Below are positions 16,596 through 19,906 of a stretch of 19,906 nucleotides of DNA, in pieces. The notes under the pieces were generated by a model, which was not told the DNA's origin, ran no database searches, and saw nothing but the letters and a program-made list of their open reading frames with translations. Made by a program: the position numbers and the translations under genes. This DNA comes from Candidatus Methylomirabilia bacterium (GTDB taxonomy: Bacteria; Methylomirabilota; Methylomirabilia; Rokubacteriales; CSP1-6). Numbering within the stretch: the stretch's first letter is position 1; every line of letters begins with the position of its first letter. The stretch spans positions 1 to 19,906 of the forward strand of contig JBGQHJ010000094.1 in assembly GCA_041497895.1 (NCBI GenBank). Reading direction: 5' to 3'.

Positions 16596-18794
16596 TCAGG
16601 CGGGGACCAGCCAGACCGCGGCGAGCGGCGGCAGGGTCAGCACCACCGAGTGCGGCTGGCCGTGCCAGGGGGTGGGCTCGCTCGGCACGCCGCCCGAGTT
16701 GCCCACGTCGCCGCCGCCGTAGAGCGCGGCGTCGGTGTTGAGGGTCTCGCGGTAGTACCCGGGGCGGGGGACCCCGACCCGATACCGGGCGCGGGCGACC
16801 GGGGTGAAGTTGCAGGCGCAGAGCAGGAGCCGGTCCCGGTTGCGGGAGAAGCGGCAGAACGTGATCACGCTCTGCTCCCAGTCGCTGCAGTCCATCCACT
16901 GGAAGCCGGCCGCCTCGAAGTCCACTTCATAGAGAGACGGCTCGTTCCGGTAGATGCGGTTCAGGTCCTTCACGAGCTGCTGCACTCCGCGATGGAAGGG
17001 GCCCATGTCGAGCAGCCACCAGTCGAGCGCGCGGTCGTGGCTCCACTCGTCGGACTGCCCGAATTCCCCGCCCATGAACAGGAGCTTCTTGCCCGGGTAG
17101 GCCCACATGAACGCGTAGAGCAGGCGGAGGTTCGCGAAGCGCTGCCAGTCGTCTCCCGGCATCTTATGGGCGAGCGAGCGCTTGCCGTAGACGACCTCGT
17201 CGTGGGAGAGCGGCAGGACGAAGTTCTCGGTCCACGCGTAGAGCAGCCCGAAGGTGAGCTGGTTGTGGTGGTACTTCCGATGGACCGGCTGGTGCTGCAT
17301 GAACTCGAGGATGTCGTGCATCCAGCCCATGTTCCACTTGAAGCCGAAGCCGAGGCCGCCCAGGTGGACCGGGCGCGACACCTGCGGCCACGCGGTGGAC
17401 TCCTCCGCGATGGTGGAGGCGCCGGGCTGTCCCCCGTACACCACCTCGTTCAGCTTCTTGAGGAAGGCGAGCGCCTCCAGGTTCTCGCGCCCGCCGTACT
17501 CGTTGGGCACCCACTCTCCCGCCTTGCGGGAGTAGTCGCGGTAGATCATGGACGCGACCGCGTCGACCCGGAGCCCGTCGATGTGGTAGCGCTCGAGCCA
17601 GAACACCGCGTTGGCGATCAGGAAGTTGGCGACCTCGCGGCGGCCGAAGTTGAACACCCGCGTCCCCCAGTCCGGGTGGTCGCGCAGGTGCGGGTCGTCG
17701 TGCTCGTAGAGGTGCGTGCCGTCGAAGTAGGCGAGCCCGTGCGCGTCCTTGGGAAAGTGCGCGGGCACCCAGTCCATGATCACCCCGATGCCGCGGCGGT
17801 GGAGCGTGTCCACGAAGGCCATGAAGTCGGTGGGGGTGCCGTAGCGGCGGGTGGGCGCGTAGTAGCCGAGCGTCTGGTAGCCCCAGGACGCGTAGTAGGG
17901 ATGCTCGGTGACCGGGAGCAGCTCCACGTGGGTGAAGCCCATCTCGCTCACGTAGTCGGCGAGCTGCTCGGCGAGCTCTCGATAGCTCGGCAGGGTGCCC
18001 GCCTCGGGGCGCCGCCACGAGCCGAGGTGCACCTCGTAGACCGACATCGGCCGGTGCAGGGCGTTCCGGCGCTTGCGCTCGTCCATCCACTCCGCGTCGC
18101 CCCAGGCGAAGGCGTTGAGGTCGGTGACCGCGGAGGCGGTCCGCGGCTCGTCGGGCTCGAAGGCGAAGGCCACCGGATCGGTCTTGAGCGCGAGCAGCTC
18201 GCCGCCGCTGCCGATGATCTCGTACTTGTAGCGCGCCCCGAGCGGCACCCCGGGGACGAACAGCTCCCAGAGCCCGTTGCCGGGATGCAGCCGCATGGGC
18301 TGCCGGCGCCCGTCCCAACCGTTCCAGTCGCCGACCACGCTGACCCGCCGCGCGTTGGGCGCCCACACCACGAAGCGCACGCCCTCCACGCCCTCGTGGC
18401 GGATGGGATGCGCGCCCAGCCGCTCGAAGAGGCGATAGTGGGTGCCCTCGCCGAGCAGGTGCAGATCGTAGGGGCTGAGGGTGGAGGGAAAGCGGTAGGG
18501 GTCCTCGACCTCGGAGACCTGGCCCTGCGCGTCGACGACCCGGAGCCGGTACGCGAGCGGGAGACGACGGCCCGGGACCTCGCCCTCCCAGAAGCCGGCG
18601 GGATGGACGGCGCGCAGGGGAGTGACGGCTCCGTCGGGCGTCAGGGCCGCGACCGCGCGGGCGGTGGGGAGCAGGACGCGCACGCTGACCACGCCGTCGC
18701 GGCCGGCGTGGGGACCGAGCACCGCGAAGGGATCGCCGTGCTGGCCGGTGACGAGAGCGTCGATCATCTCGGGACGGAGCGGAGCGTATGGCAT
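16596..18794 (-). CDS. glgB: 1,4-alpha-glucan (glycogen) branching enzyme (GH13)
   Basis: [60 protein letters not shown] and PGKKLLFMG motifs. Confidence 0.97.
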   Translation of the reverse strand: MPYAPLRPEMIDALVTGQHGDPFAVLGPHAGRDGVVSVRVLLPTARAVAALTPDGAVTPLRAVHPAGFWEGEVPGRRLPLAYRLRVVDAQGQVSEVEDPYRFPSTLSPYDLHLLGEGTHYRLFERLGAHPIRHEGVEGVRFVVWAPNARRVSVVGDWNGWDGRRQPMRLHPGNGLWELFVPGVPLGARYKYEIIGSGGELLALKTDPVAFAFEPDEPRTASAVTDLNAFAWGDAEWMDERKRRNALHRPMSVYEVHLGSWRRPEAGTLPSYRELAEQLADYVSEMGFTHVELLPVTEHPYYASWGYQTLGYYAPTRRYGTPTDFMAFVDTLHRRGIGVIMDWVPAHFPKDAHGLAYFDGTHLYEHDDPHLRDHPDWGTRVFNFGRREVANFLIANAVFWLERYHIDGLRVDAVASMIYRDYSRKAGEWVPNEYGGRENLEALAFLKKLNEVVYGGQPGASTIAEESTAWPQVSRPVHLGGLGFGFKWNMGWMHDILEFMQHQPVHRKYHHNQLTFGLLYAWTENFVLPLSHDEVVYGKRSLAHKMPGDDWQRFANLRLLYAFMWAYPGKKLLFMGGEFGQSDEWSHDRALDWWLLDMGPFHRGVQQLVKDLNRIYRNEPSLYEVDFEAAGFQWMDCSDWEQSVITFCRFSRNRDRLLLCACNFTPVARARYRVGVPRPGYYRETLNTDAALYGGGDVGNSGGVPSEPTPWHGQPHSVVLTLPPLAAVWLVPA

Positions 18795-18843
18795 AGGTTG
18801 GTCGGTCCTGCGCCACCCGCTCCGGACGAGCGAGCGGTGTCGT

Positions 18844-19905
18844 CTAGAACGAGCGGATCAGACGCTCGACGCGCTCGTCGTGGCTCTGGAACGGGTCCTT
18901 GCAGAGGATGGTCTCACGCTCCGGATCGTTGAGCTTGAGATAGACCCAGTCCACTCGGTAGTCCTTGCCCTTGAGGTTGGCCTGACGGATGAACTCGCCC
19001 CGCAGCCGGGCCCGCGTGGTCTGCGGGGGTATGTGCTTGGCGCGCTCGATGGACTCATCGTCGGTGATGCGGTCCACCAGGTCGCGACGTACCAGACTGA
19101 AGTAGAGGCCCTTGTCGGGTCGGATGTCGTGGTACTGGAGGTCCATGAGCGAGACCTTGGGGTCGCGCCAGGACAGCCGGTTCTTCTCCATGTAGGCCTG
19201 GATGAGCTGCTGCTTGATCACCCAGTCGACCTCACGATTGAGCTGCATCGGATCGTCCGCGAGCTGCTCGATCACGTAGGTCCAGCGCGCGAGCACGTCC
19301 CGGGTGACCGGGTCCGCGTCGATGGCCTGGACGTACCGGGTCGCGTGCTCGAGGTACTCCATCTGCAGCTGCAGCGGGGTGATCGCCCGCCCGTCCTTCA
19401 GGCGGATCGTCTCGCGCAGCGTCGGATCGTGGCTGATGTCCCGGATGGCCTGGACCGGTGACTGCAGGCTGTAGTCGCGGTCGAAGTGGCCGTCCTCGAT
19501 CATGTCCAGGATGAGCGCGGTGGTACCCACCTTGAGGTAGGTCGCGACCTCGGACATGTTGGAGTCGCCCACGATCACGTGCAGGCGGCGGTACTTCTCC
19601 GCGTCGGCGTGCGGCTCGTCCCGGGTGTTGATGATGGAGCGGGACGACGTGGTGGCCCCCGAGATCTCCTGGCAGATGTGCTGCGCCCGCTGCGAGAGGC
19701 AGTAGTGGAAGCCGCGCGGGGTCTGCAGCACCTTGCCCGCTCCCGCGAAGATCTGCCGGGTGACGAAGAAGGGGATCAGGCCCTCGGCGAGCCGCTGGAA
19801 GGACACGTCCCGGCTGACCAGGTAGTTCTCGTGGCAGCCGTAAGAGTTGCCCGCCGAGTCGGTGTTGTTCTTGAAGAGCAGGATGTGGCCGGAGATGCCG
19901 TCCTC
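18844..19905 (-). CDS. pafA: Pup-protein ligase PafA; 5' end lies outside the window
   Basis: Frame is open to the window edge: [98 protein letters not shown] and [22 protein letters not shown] and the C-terminus fit PafA better than the paralogue Dop, by my recollection of both. Confidence 0.9.
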   Translation of the reverse strand, partial: EDGISGHILLFKNNTDSAGNSYGCHENYLVSRDVSFQRLAEGLIPFFVTRQIFAGAGKVLQTPRGFHYCLSQRAQHICQEISGATTSSRSIINTRDEPHADAEKYRRLHVIVGDSNMSEVATYLKVGTTALILDMIEDGHFDRDYSLQSPVQAIRDISHDPTLRETIRLKDGRAITPLQLQMEYLEHATRYVQAIDADPVTRDVLARWTYVIEQLADDPMQLNREVDWVIKQQLIQAYMEKNRLSWRDPKVSLMDLQYHDIRPDKGLYFSLVRRDLVDRITDDESIERAKHIPPQTTRARLRGEFIRQANLKGKDYRVDWVYLKLNDPERETILCKDPFQSHDERVERLIRSF

Positions 19906-19906
19906 G

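Noticed and set aside
18814..18839. Terminator between pafA and glgB
   Set aside because: Short imperfect stem (CCGCTC/GAGCGG) with no U-tract; too weak to call.

Overview
High-GC bacterial chromosomal segment with two convergent gene blocks. The + strand block (1-13189) holds a Liv/HAAT-type ABC importer (truncated binding protein, fused double permease, two ATPases), an enamidase-like amidohydrolase, a DUF1185 protein, a luciferase-like (LLM) oxidoreductase with an unusual basic repeat-encoded N-terminus, a lone xanthine-oxidase-family molybdoenzyme large subunit, a GT39/ArnT-like membrane glycosyltransferase, an orphan ModA-fold periplasmic protein and lgt. The - strand block (13143-19906) holds the 3' part of a Pup-protein ligase gene (pafA), then glgB, glgX and glutamate dehydrogenase. 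Three copies of a palindromic REP/BoxC-like repeat sit in intergenic gaps of the ABC cluster. I saw no rRNA, tRNA, CRISPR array or transposase. The best leads are (i) a possible variant pyridine-ring (nicotinate-like) catabolic pathway in which an LLM enzyme sits where 6-hydroxynicotinate reductase would be expected, (ii) a pupylation ligase in an apparently diderm host, linked to glycogen and GDH genes, and (iii) the histone-tail-like 13-aa repeat extension on the LLM enzyme. All family assignments come from motif recognition and memory; no database searches were run.
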